A DNA stretch of 63,144 bases, counting the filler, from Thelocarpon superellum (lineage: Eukaryota): NCBI GenBank assembly GCA_026025795.1. It is 11 parts of 11 records of this genome, joined end to end, with 100 filler letters (N's around TTAATTAATTAA, not from the genome) between each part and the next. Parts side by side here need not be neighbours in the genome. Positions count along the whole stretch, not along the records: positions 52,079 to 57,563 come from JAPEUG010000709.1; positions 57,664 to 63,144 come from JAPEUG010000710.1; 9 more parts are not named here. One strand, given 5' to 3'. How positions within the stretch are numbered: the first letter of the stretch is position 1; every line of letters begins with the position of its first letter. The notes beneath the pieces were generated by a model, which was not told the DNA's origin, made no database searches, and saw only the letters and a program-made list of their open reading frames with translations. This document shows positions 52,362-63,144 of this stretch, in pieces. A program made the translations under genes and the position numbers.

Positions 52362-54419
52362 TCAGAGCTTCGCTTTCGATGGCTGGAGCGTCGGGAGGAG
52401 GATGTCGCGGATGTCGCCGGCGGCCTCGTTGAGGTAGAAGCTCATGCGTTCGCTTCCCAGGCCCTTGCTGACGACGTTGAATTGAATGCTGCGCGCACGT
52501 CAGTCGCGGCGTCGGGATGGGGACCGCTCGCCGGCGTCTTACCTGTTCTCGTTGATCATGTACGCGATGCCGAAGCCCTCGTCGATCACTTGGCTCCAGC
52601 CGTAGCCGTTGAAGTACTCCGACGAGAGCTGGCTCGAGCTGACGAACCACTTGCTGGTGTAGGTGTAGGCCGGGTCTTGGTAGATCTCCGGCGTCTCTTC
52701 GCCGGGGGCAATCAGCTTCTTCAGCCCGAACAGATGTCGATCGACGCCTTTGCCGTCTGACGCGTCGGAGATGTATTGCACGTGGGCGTTGAGGGCTTTC
52801 CGGAAGAGATCGACACATGTTGCGCTCTCGGTCGACGCGTCGGCCATGGCGTTGCAAAACGCCACGCTCTCATCCGACACGCTGCGGCAGGTCTCGGTGC
52901 GACCCTGCTGGAAGCGGCGGGTGGCGGCGGACTCGTACGTGGGCCGGTTCCGACCAAACATCTTGTGGTAGGCGAGCTGGATGATGAGCTGCACGTAGGC
53001 GTCTGGCGAGCATTTGAACTGCTTGATCAGGCCTTTGCCGTAGCCCTGGTAGGCCTGCACCCGTAGTTCGTGCGCGCCGATGACCTCGGTGAAGTCCTGG
53101 GCGGCGCGGGCGATGTCGTCTTGCACCGTCTTGTTGAGCTGAAACTTGAGAGGCTGTGGCTCGGGAAGGTCGGACCGTATGTTGGGATTGGCGAAGTCGA
53201 GTTGGTCGTTGAAGATGACCATGTTGGCGTAGTCGTTGAGACGGTGGGTGGGGGTGCCATCCATCATGGAATGCTCGCCAATGAAGCCCGAGGTGCCGTT
53301 GTCGTTGATGATGAACTGCAGGGGCTTGTCGAACCAGCGGTTCTGGCCGTCGCCGTGCCAGTACTGATGGGCCCGCTCTTCGAGCGTGACCGGGCTGGCG
53401 TCATCGAGACAGACGACGAAGGAGGCGGATTGGATGAGCTCCAGCGTCGCTTTGTTGGCGGGGCTCGCCTCCAGTAAGCTCCTCCGCGCGTCGGCCCAGA
53501 TATCGCGGTTCTCCGACGTGAGCAGGCCCACGGCCGGCGCCTTCTCCGCCGTCTCGTAGACCCGGCGAAATTGTTGCTCCAGCTCGGAGGTGTTCAGCTG
53601 CTGACCTCCGCTCTCGTGCATCACCTTGAAGAACTGGTTCTTGCGAAGGACGAGGAGGTGCTTGTGTTCCTCGTGCGGGTATTTGACCGGGTAGTCCATG
53701 CCTCGCTCGGGGATGCGACACGCATTGAACATGTACTTGTACGAGTCCATGGAGATGGGCAGCTTCTTCATGTACTCGGGCTCGAGGGTGCCCTGGTCGA
53801 CTTGCTTCTTGAACTCCAGCACGGCCGTGGTCATGGCGGCGGCGCGCTTGGCCGGGTCGCGGCGGCGGCGATCATCGCGGTGGGAGTAGAAGTAGCTCAC
53901 GTAGGGGACGACGGGGTCACGCGGGGCCAGGTAGGCGCCAGCGTTCCACCACTCGATAATCCAATTCTTGATGGCGGGGTCAGCGCGGCGCGCAAGCAAT
54001 CGTTCCTGCAGCGTCTCGCCGGCGCCGCCGGGCCGGATGAAGTCGGCCACGACCTTCTTGGTATGTTCGAACTCGGAGGAGCTGAGCAGCGGGTGCACGG
54101 ATTTGACGTATCGCGCCGCCGTCTCCGGCAGCGTGGGGACAGGCAGGCGTGGGAGGGATTCCTCGAAGCGTAACATGGGGCCCTTGGCGGCATCTTCACG
54201 GTAGCCGGCGGGCAAGGCGGACGAGGCAGTGCCGCGGGGTCGTGATGGGGCCATGACGGCGATCTAGAGCAGCACTCGATCAGCGAAGGACGACCGGGCA
54301 CGGACGAGGCCGACGGATCGTGGGTCGGGTGTTACCCTCGAGCTCGCCGGCTGCAGTTGCGATATCCGCGCAAAGGAGGGAGAGGGCGAGGTGCGCAGGC
54401 GCGTGAGCACATGAAACAT
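52362..54419 (-). CDS. CAT2: Carnitine O-acetyltransferase (Cat2/AcuJ), mitochondrial presequence exon and C-terminal PTS1
   Basis: LPRLPVPTL, NRWFDKP, catalytic EHSMMDG, YESAATRRFQQGRTE, GVDRHLFGL; ends ...PSKAKL*. Confidence 0.93.
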
Positions 54420-55224
54420 CCCCGCGGCGAAGAGGTGAGCCCGGCCGAGAGAGCGAGCGGCCAGGGACCGAGGGAGCAAGCGAGGTAGGGAGCGTTCGAA
54501 AACGTTAGGCGTCACGGCAGTGCGATGGGGAGGGCCCGCCGAACGTCGAACGTTGGTCGGGATAGGCAGGCCGAGGTAGGTGTAGGCTGGAGGGCAGTCG
54601 ACAGTCCATCATCCGAGCTTGTGGCTCGTTGGAGGGCTCCCGCCGTGTGCGTTACTAGTACTAGCAGGGAGTGCCGCAGGTTCAACGTCCAACATGTTGC
54701 CTCGGCATTACCCTCCCCACGACTCGGGTATTTCCGCTCGCCCGCCCACCAATCAACGTCGCCTGAGGTACGCCTTCTGTCGGTCTGGGGGATCTGCCGG
54801 CTAGACTATGCCAGCTAAACCACGCCCCCGGGCAGCCCGGGCCCCAGACAAGAGTACTCGTACTCGTAAACTTCCTCCGTACTGGTCGTGACAGCGGTCA
54901 TGCAGCCGATAGTACAACTATAGGACAGTAGTATCTGTACACTTGCGATTTCGGTCGCCGACGCCTCAAAAGTTATGGTACGTTCAGGCGAAGCCAAGTT
55001 GCCTTCATACATCAACAAATTGTGTACATTTTCAGCCTACTGGGCTAGTAATTAATGCACCAGAGAGCACAGGAAATGTACACAAGCCTGTAGCATGATG
55101 AATCCCATGTTGGGATGTGCAGAAGAAGTTTCTTGCTGGAGATACATAAGGTCAACAATTTGGAATTGTAGCAAGACTTCTGATACTCGGCTATGGGGAG
55201 TCGCGGCTGTACGAACACTACTGT

Positions 55225-55314
55225 TGTAGGAATCAGAGCTGAATTGCTAATCTACGCGTAGTCGGGATAGTGATCGGAGTGAGCACGTGACCAGATCACG
55301 TGCGCGCTCCTACA
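55225..55314 (+). mobile_element. 90-bp dispersed element, copy 2
   Basis: TGTAGGA...TCCTACA inverted ends; CTGT duplicated at 55221-55224 and 55315-55318. Confidence 0.85.
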
Positions 55315-55419
55315 CTGTCATAGCATAGTAGTGCTCTCACTGTTCCTGGTAGATCTGTTCTGCACCCTCCTGGTTCCATGGACAAAGCATTCTCGTGACC
55401 AATCTCGTCTTCGTCGCCT

Positions 55420-56518
55420 CTATCTTCTACGACTACTCCGCCGCGTGTCGACTCCCCCTTGGCCCTTTCGGGACGGCTGCCCGCCTCGGCCCGCTTTGGT
55501 GTTGTGACGGGTGCTCCGCGACGCCGGTCCATCAGGCGTGCTGGTGTCCTCCACAGCTTGCCCCTCGTCCGCGCCCTCCATGTCTTCATCGCCCTCTTCA
55601 CCCGTCGAAGCATCCTCGTCGGCCACAGACGAATCTTTACTGGCGCTCTGCGGTGCCAGGTGCCGTGCGACGGAGCCGGTGCTCGTGGCCGGTCGTGGCG
55701 TAGAGGTGGCCTTGGTGCCAGGCTTCGGTCGGCCCCCTCGCGAGGTGCGCGCCGGCATGGGTGACGAGTGCAATTCTACGCCGCTGGCCTGAGCATCCAT
55801 GCCAGCCATGGCAAGGGACGTGGGGTAGACGACCCGCACTGACCTTCTTCCGTATCTTCGACCGTGCTCGCTCGTCGTGTGCCTCCGAGCCCCGTCTCTG
55901 AGAGCCTCCCGCGCTTCTTGGCCGTAGTGGGCAGCTCATCGGCAGCCGGCGGGGAGGCGGAGCCATCGAGTGCTAAGCGGCGATCGAACATGGCGTCGCC
56001 AAATTCGGCGTCGGGGAGGGTGAAGACGTGAAAGGGCTCGGCGGCCGGACCGCGCTCATCCTCATCGAGATCCATGAAAGAGTTTTCCCGCTCATCGATG
56101 GCCTCGAGGTTGTAGAGGGAGCGAAGCTTCTGCCAGATGCCGGGGATGTGGGTGTGGTGGTCGTGGGCGTTGGTGTGAGCACTCTCGCGCAGCTGCTCGG
56201 CGAGGGCGATGACGCGGAAGTGCTTGTGCATGCCTATAGCGCACTCGGACATCAGCGCATGCGATCGAGGGTGGTCTCCGGGGAGCTCCTTGATCGAACA
56301 GCCGTACCTGCCGGCTTGCACCGGATGACACCCTTGAACAGCGAGATCTCTTGCTCATCCGTCCACGGGTCGGCGAGGTAGTCGGCAAAGGCGCCGTTGG
56401 CATCTCGCCGGTGCGGCGTCTCGACCTCTGCTGGGGTGGTGGCGACGGGGGTGGGAAAGTCTCTGGCGGGGGTCGACCTCCGCGAGGCGGGGATGCGGGC
56501 CTTTTTGCGCGGCGGCAT
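55420..56518 (-). CDS. EAF7: NuA4 subunit Eaf7 (CT20 family), 2 introns
   Basis: DPWTDEQEISLFKGVIRCKPA|GMHKHFRVIAL...IPGIWQKLRSLYNLEAIDERE. Confidence 0.88.
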
Positions 56519-56717
56519 TGTTGGCGGGTGGTCGGGGTTGTCAGGCCTGACAGGAGTATTCGTACAAACAGTCCACCATAATTGATAATCGTATGAGTCC
56601 GAGGAGCTCCTCCGACCCTTTGATGGATGACAGTGGTTAGAGGCGCGCTGGCCGGGGAAGTTCCGTGTCCGGAAAGTTGTGGCCCAACACCCAAGCGATC
56701 ATCGGCATCCTCCGTAG

Positions 56718-56807
56718 TGTAGGCATCAGAGCTGAATTGCTAATCTACGCGTAGTCGGGATAGTGATAGGGGTGGGCACGTGATCAGATCACGTGCGCGC
56801 TCCTACA
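56718..56807 (+). mobile_element. 90-bp dispersed element, copy 3
   Basis: 85/90 identical to copy 2; GTAG duplicated at 56714-56717 and 56808-56811. Confidence 0.85.
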
Positions 56808-57037
56808 GTAGTAACATATCACTTAACTGCCGTCGTGTCCCTGTGCGCCATCCCTACTGCCGTTGTCAGGCACAAGCGACTCGCTTGCACTGCGCGACGC
56901 GCGACTTGGGATGATGCAACAAGAGCAAGCAAGCGATCCTCATCGCGTACACGTCTTGGTCTGGTCGAGGTTACGCCCGGCTGATTCTGGACTGATACGG
57001 ACCGCGTGGCGAAAGGTCAACATGAACGATCGTCAGC

Positions 57038-57563
57038 ATGGATCTGGACGACGACGACTATGGCACGCCTTTTGCCATTCCCGACCTTTGGAAACCGTCC
57101 AGCTTGTCACAAGAGGACACCCAAACGTCCACCGTCCTCCTTTCGCGCCTGGATCTCGATGGTCAGAGAAGTGGCACTGCGACCCCGTTATGCGCGCCGC
57201 TGACCCAGTGGCTATCACCAGGCGATAGCGTTCTCCTCGAAGAGCATAGTTGGCGCAAACTGCCCGACTTCGGCGCGTACCAGCTCGACCACTTTCAGTG
57301 GGGCCCGCTGCAGGATCTCGGTCGGCTCAGCGACGTCAGCACGACGTCCGACGCCAACTCGGTGCATGTGGTGGAGCCACGCCGCGAGACCTCGGAAGAC
57401 CCCTGGATAATAGCGGGTCGGCCGCTTGACGACGAGGCACCAGCGGCGCCCCCTAGCTGGGACACCTTTCTCGACCCCACATCCACCGACCCGCCCACAC
57501 CCTACCTCTCCGAGGCGGGCCCGAAAGCCTATGATGCCATCTTGCAGGCGCAATTGGTGGCGC
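57038..57563 (+). CDS. 5' part of a gene, possibly gamma-tubulin complex component (GCP6/Spc98 family)
   Basis: PFAIPDLWKPS and SWDTF...PYLSEAGPKAYDA resemble, from memory only, the N-terminus of fungal GCP6; truncated at the spacer. Confidence 0.45.
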
Positions 57564-57663
57564 NNNNNNNNNNNNNNNNNNNNNNNNNNNNNNNNNNNNN
57601 NNNNNNNTTAATTAATTAANNNNNNNNNNNNNNNNNNNNNNNNNNNNNNNNNNNNNNNNNNNN
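57564..57663. other. Artificial contig spacer
   Basis: Identical linker. Confidence 0.98.
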
Positions 57664-58657
57664 GTGGGCGACCTGATCGTCAAGGAATGCACGCCCGAGC
57701 AGTTTCGCGACTGTGACATTGTCTTTTCCGGCTTGGACAGCGATGTCGCCGGCGAGATCGGTGAGGAGCCCTTATGCATGGTGGGACCAGGCTGACGTGA
57801 CCAGAGATGGCCTTTCTCCGGTCGGATCTGGCCGTCTTTTCCAATGCAAAGAACTACCGGCGTGATCCTCTCGTACCCCTCGTGGTGCCCACGGTCAATC
57901 TGTCGCATCTACAGGTGATCCGTCGCCAGCGGCAACACTACGGACTGCAAAAAGGCTTCCTGGTCTGCAACTCCAACTGTGCCGTCATCGGCATCGTCAT
58001 TCCCTTGGCAGCCCTGCAACGCATCTTCGGCCCCGTCGAGCAGGTCAGCGTGGTGACCATGCAGGCCGTGTCCGGCGCCGGCTACCCGGGCGTGAGTAGC
58101 ATGGACATTTTGGATAACGTGGTCCCCTTCATCTCGGGAGAGGAGGAGAAGCTGGAGACGGAGGCGCAAAAGATCCTGGGATCCGTGAGCGACGATGGCA
58201 CCGCCTTTCACGACCAATCCACGCTCAAGATCTCGGCGGCCTGCAACCGCGTGCCGGTGCTGGATGGGCACACGGCGTGCGTGTCCTTGCGTTTCCAGCG
58301 CCGACCGGCCCCGCGCGCCGAGGAGGTTGCGCTGGCCATGGCGTCATACGTCTCGGAGGCACAACGCCGTGGCTGTCCGTCGGCCCCGGAGAATGCCATC
58401 CTCGTCATGAACGAGCCCGACCGACCACAGCCGCGCTTGGATCGCGAGACGCAGGGCGGATATACGGTCAGCGTCGGACGGATCCGCGCGGACGAGAGTG
58501 GCATCTTTGATGTGAAATTTGTCGCCTTGAGCCACAACAGTGAGTCGCTCTGGACGCTCGGGTCTTTCGTACGGCTCACAGGATTCTAGCGGTCATTGGA
58601 GCTGCTGGCTCATCCATCTTGAACGCGGAAGCCGCGGTGCTCCAGGGATTTGCGTAA
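57664..58657 (+). CDS. HOM2: Aspartate-semialdehyde dehydrogenase, 5' truncated
   Basis: [19 protein letters not shown], catalytic [38 protein letters not shown]. Confidence 0.93.
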
Positions 58658-59008
58658 CGAGCTCCATGCGGGACGACCATCTCCACGTAATTGTACAAAG
58701 ATGGTAGACGAAATGCACGCATGGCGTAATCATATCTCGCCGATTCCATAACACCCTCAGAAGAGGCTTCGATCCATCGAAAATGAAAAATGCTAATGAC
58801 GAGGATGAGATAGTCCATGGAGGGGTAGGGCTAGAGGGCTAGGGTAAGACTGCGTTTTCTCGCTTACGCGATTCGTGCGCGGGCGAGGTGGAGAAGCGAG
58901 GGGAGAAAGTCTGGTCGAACGACGACCGCGACCTCGACGGCCTGCACTCGACAACCTCTCGACGCCAGATCTAGTTGGCACGTCCAGTCCTTTGACTAGG
59001 TTGCCATC

Positions 59009-60149
59009 ATGGGTCGTGGACCGTAAGTTGCCTTTTCTCTCTTGCCGGTTCGTGTCTGCCGCGGAGGGTTCGTGAAGTGGGGCAGTGGGTAGAGGGACAG
59101 AATACGCGGGATCGACGTTGCGTGATCGTTGTTGGAGGCGGGCCCAGCCGTTCCCTTTGCAGAGACCATTGAGGCTCTGACGGACGAGAGAAGTGGAGAC
59201 AACGCATGTACAGCGGCTGACGAGGTGGATGGACAGGAAGAAGCACCAGAAGCGCCTGAGTGCGCCATCGCACTGGCTCCTCGACAAGCTCTCCGGAGCC
59301 TACGCCCCCAAAGCCTCGCCGGGCCCGCACAAACTCCGAGACTGCATGCCCTTGATCGTCTTCATCCGCAACCGGTAGGAGGAGTGGAGTGCATGAAGAC
59401 GGTTCCACGAGGCTGACACGACCGCTCGTAGACTCAAATATGCCCTCAACGCGCGCGAGACGAAAGCGATCGTGATGCAACGGTTGATCAAGGTGGACGG
59501 CAAGGTGCGCACGGACGCGACGTACCCCGCGGGATTCATGGACGTCATCACGATCGACAAGACGGGCGAGAACTTCCGGCTGGTGTACGACACCAAGGGG
59601 CGCTTCACGGTCCACCGCATCACCACGGAAGAGGCCGAATACAAGCTGGGCAAGGTGAAGCGAGTGCAGCTGGGCAAAGGCGGCATACCCTTTCTCGTCA
59701 CGCACGACGCGCGAACGTAGGTGCCCTCCGCATCACCCTCCCACGCTCTCCACCCTCCCGACGTGTCCTCCAAAGCTCACACTCATCCGCATCACAGCAT
59801 CCGATATCCCGACCCGGCAATCAAGGTCAACGACACGATCAAGATCGACCTGGCGACGGGCAAGATCTCGGACCGCATCGCGTTTGACACGGGGGTGATC
59901 GCGATGGTGACGGGCGGACGCAACATGGGGCGGGTGGGAGTGATTACGCACCGGGAGCGGCACGACGGCGGGTTCAACATCGTGCACATCAAGGACGCCA
60001 TCGACAACTCCTTTGCCACGCGCGAGAGCAACGTGTTTGTCATTGGCCAGGACAAGCCGTGGATCTCGCTGCCCAAGGGCAAGGGGGTGAAGCTGACCAT
60101 TGCCGAGGAGCGTGATCGTCGTCGTGCCGTTGCTATTGCAGGGCATTGA
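59009..60149 (+). CDS. RPS4: 40S ribosomal protein eS4, 3 introns
   Basis: [60 protein letters not shown]. Confidence 0.97.
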
Positions 60150-60387
60150 GCTGCGCTTCGCCTTCCTTCCTGGCTGATCTTGAACCCTGATCATGGTCGT
60201 GGTGTGCGTTGCGGGGCGTAGATAGCCGAGCCTCGCTGTCATCGCAGTTCATGCCATGTCCAAGTCTCCGTCTTGCCTGGTCCTCTTGATTCGTTGACTC
60301 GTTAAATCGTATCGTGAAATCTATCATCAGGTCGGATCGGATCGAATCGGTCCATGAGCGTTGCCATCCTTCTCAGATGCCCTTTCT

Positions 60388-63002
60388 CTACCGATTGCCT
60401 CCGCCCGCTTTATACACGTCCAAACTACTAGATCCCACGCCGCTTCCACCATCAATGTCGAACATGGGATGGGTCGCCATGTCTTCCCATAGTAGGGCTG
60501 GGATGCCTATTCCTCCCCCGGATCCTCCACTGGTTCCTCCACTGGTTCCTCCACCTCCACTGACCACACCGCCACTGGAACTAGTAGTCCCTCCCCTGTC
60601 TGCGTTGTGACTGTTCGTGCCGTGACTTCCCATGTTCCCGTTCCCGTTCCCGTTCCCGTTCCCGTGGCCATATCCACCGTTCGTGAGGGTATGGTTGATG
60701 TTACTCAAGGTCGCGGTGCTGGGGTTCATCACCAGGCCTGGCATCCCCATCGGATCAAAGGAGAACGGGAGCGTCTTGGGCGTGAGGTCGACCTTTGACG
60801 CCGCAGTAGGGTTCGGCGTCGGGAGCTTGGTGAATACCGTCGGCGGCGCCGAGAGGATCGTACTGGGGAGGATGGAGGGTGGCGTGGTACTGCTCGACGG
60901 TCCCGTGGTGGATGTCGAGGCTAATGGCACCATGGATGCCGTGGCCGTGGACGCGAACGGCGCCAGGACGCTGTCAAAGTCAAAAGGAAACAAATCCGTA
61001 GGCGGCGGCAGATTGAGCGACTGCTTGCGCGGATGGTCGCGCGCGCCGCCCGACTGCATCGTCGAGGGATTGATGACGTCCGAGAGACTGACGGTGTGTT
61101 CCGGACGCGAAGCCGGACCAGCGTTTGATCGCAGGGTCGACCCCATCGACGCGGGTCCTTTGCCCATCGTGGTGGTGGCGGCGGCGGCGGCGGTGGCGGT
61201 GGTGGTGCGTGAGGATGACATCTCGGGCAGAGTGGGTGTCAGCAGGGGATGGAAGTGGTCAAGGAGCAAACGTTGCATGTCGGCCTCGTGCTGAGATGGC
61301 GTCGACGAGCTAAAGGGCGGCAAGGTGGCGTCGTCCCATTCGAGCAGACTGCTGGCGGATGGCAAGGCCTGATCGTCCGGCGGGGTGGTCTGGGGCTCGA
61401 GCGGCGGGATACCGGGCATCAGGTCGTCGCCGCGTGCGCCATCGCGGTCGTCCGTGGTCGACTCCAGGCCGGGCGGGGACGAGGCGACGGCGGAAGCCGC
61501 CCCGGGTATTTCCGGCGCGCTACTGGGCGGATCGGTCCGCTGAGGATCGCCACTGCGCAGGGTCACCTTGGTCTTGACGGGCGGCTTGAAGCCTGCTTCG
61601 CTGTACTTTTCCGGGAAGCGATTGCGGAATCGATCGCGCAGATCCGTGGCCCGTCGATTGTCCAGCTTCAAGGCCGCGTCGCTCTGGATCCGACTCCACA
61701 TGGGACCGTATTTTTGGTACCCGCGATATAAGTTTGCATCTTCCTCCTCCGTAAAGGGACGTCGTTCGCGCCGGGCGGATTTGAAAAACGGGGAGCAGAT
61801 GCCCAGCCGAGCTAGGTCCGCGGGGGACACGCGATGTGACCGTGGCGGCCGACCCGGATTCGCCGTGGTCGCGGTCGTGCATGCATGATCATCTTCATTG
61901 GCCGACGCCCCTGCCGACGGGCCGTCCGCCGTCATGGGACGAGAGGGATCGGCGTTGGGAGGGTCGACGGGCACAGGACTCGACGACGCCGGCGGGGCCT
62001 GGGACGGCGAGGCTGCGGCCTGGGCGTGTTTGGCTCGCGAGGGCCGGGCGGTGCGAGGCCCGGAGTGGAGATGTTTGCGATATTCTTCCGGACAGCAGGT
62101 CCGGAACCTGGGATCCATGTCAGTGATGGTCGTCCACCCGCTTCTCAGCCATCGTACCGATCCTTCAGGTCGATGGAGCTGCGCGCGTTGAACCGGTACG
62201 ACGGGTCACGCAAGATCTTGTTCCAGTTCCCGATGCCATACAGGGCCACGCCATGTAACAGATCCTCCGTCTCCTGCTGCTCCCACTTCTTGCGTGAGCG
62301 GGTGGCGTTGGGTCGGGTGTTGGGACGTCGATCATCGTCGGCGGCCTTGGGCGGGCTGTCACCACAGAGCTCACGCGGAGGCGAGGGCGGGTCCATCAAG
62401 AAGGCGCCGTCGATCACGTCGTCAAAGACGTCCGAGGCGATGGGAGGGAACAGCGCGGCATTGGGCGGAGGGGTCTTGAGCGCGCTCAGACTGGCGAGGG
62501 ACGGGATGGCCGTGGTGGTGGGCGGGGGCCTCGTCTTCTTGGGCGGCGGCTCCGGCAGCTGGACGAAGCTCTTGGTCGGGGCCTCGGCGTCCCGCTTGGC
62601 CCGCTTGGTCGACGGGCCTCGGCGTGTGTCCTCCTGGTGGGCGGGGGTCAGGACGTCACTCAAGACGAGGGGGGCACGCGGCGGGGTCGTGCGTGCGGGG
62701 GAGGATCGGCGTGCGGCAGAGGGAGGATCCGGGCCCGTGGCGGCGGCCTTCTTGCTTGTGGCGCGCTTCGTGACATGGCTGGGGGTCGAGGTGAGCTGGG
62801 CGGCACCGGGATGGGCCTCGTCCGCGGTCGCGCTCGTGCTGGGCTCAAGCGGGGAGAGGCGGTTATTGTGGACGAGATAGGGAGGCACGGCGGCCTGGAG
62901 GGGGGGTAGGTTGAGCGAGGACGACTGGGAGGGGTTGGCGGGACCGCGGTGGGCAATGGAATGACTGCTCTCGAGGAGGACCTGTAGACGTGGCTCTGCC
63001 AT
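60388..63002 (-). CDS. Two-Myb (telobox-type) DNA-binding protein, Tay1/Teb1-like, 1 intron
   Basis: KWEQQETEDLLHGVALYGIGNWNKIL...RSSIDLKDR|FRTCCP and PFTEEEDANLYRGYQKYGPMWSRI...RRATDLRDRFRN. Confidence 0.8.
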
Positions 63003-63144
63003 GGCCGCCCCCAGGCCGCAGTGGCATCGTCAGGTCACGTGGAGGTGGCGGACGGGCCAGACGCACAATGGCGGGGCAGAAGAACCATCTATATGGCAGC
63101 AGACAGCAAGAGGGTGCGGGGAGGTGTAGCGAGGAGGCAACGAC

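Noticed and set aside
54928..54938. GTAGTATCTGT match to the U2 snRNA branch-pairing region
   Set aside because: Only 11 nt; flanking U2 sequence is absent.
7638..56518. Apparent clustering of SWR1/NuA4 chromatin genes (VPS71, VPS72, EAF7)
   Set aside because: They lie on different contigs; co-occurrence is an artefact of concatenation.
55225..56807. Intact LTR retrotransposon/TRIM carrying a captured gene
   Set aside because: The outer flanks (CTGT vs GTAG) do not match, each repeat has its own TSD, there is no PBS/PPT, and the enclosed EAF7 retains introns.
5900..57663. Regularly spaced TTAATTAATTAA repeat about every 5.5-5.9 kb
   Set aside because: It sits in fixed N runs and the intervening segments fall in length from 5899 to 5481, so it is an artificial linker joining size-sorted contigs.

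Overview
GC-rich, intron-containing filamentous ascomycete (Pezizomycotina-type) nuclear DNA. The window is not one locus. It is 11 contigs of about 5.5-5.9 kb, in descending size order, joined by identical artificial 100-nt spacers (N44-TTAATTAATTAA-N44), so adjacency across spacers means nothing. Most content is housekeeping genes: WW-domain protein, MFS transporter, F-box-like protein, VPS71, HECT E3 ligase, RPL15, YOR1-like ABCC, Pad-1/RBM39-like splicing factor, SCS7, BZZ1, DBP5, MDR1-like ABCB, VPS72, DUF3074-like protein, CAT2, EAF7, HOM2, RPS4 and a two-Myb telobox protein. The most notable unexplained signal is a 90-bp dispersed element with three copies in two unrelated contigs. It has TGTAGG...CCTACA ends, 4-bp target-site duplications and a long 3' hairpin with two CACGTG boxes, and two copies bracket EAF7. 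It looks like an unusually small solo LTR/TRIM or a Ginger-type MITE. A small three-exon, probably mitochondrial gene that the ORF track does not show whole was also reconstructed. Family calls come from recognising motifs by eye, not from database searches.
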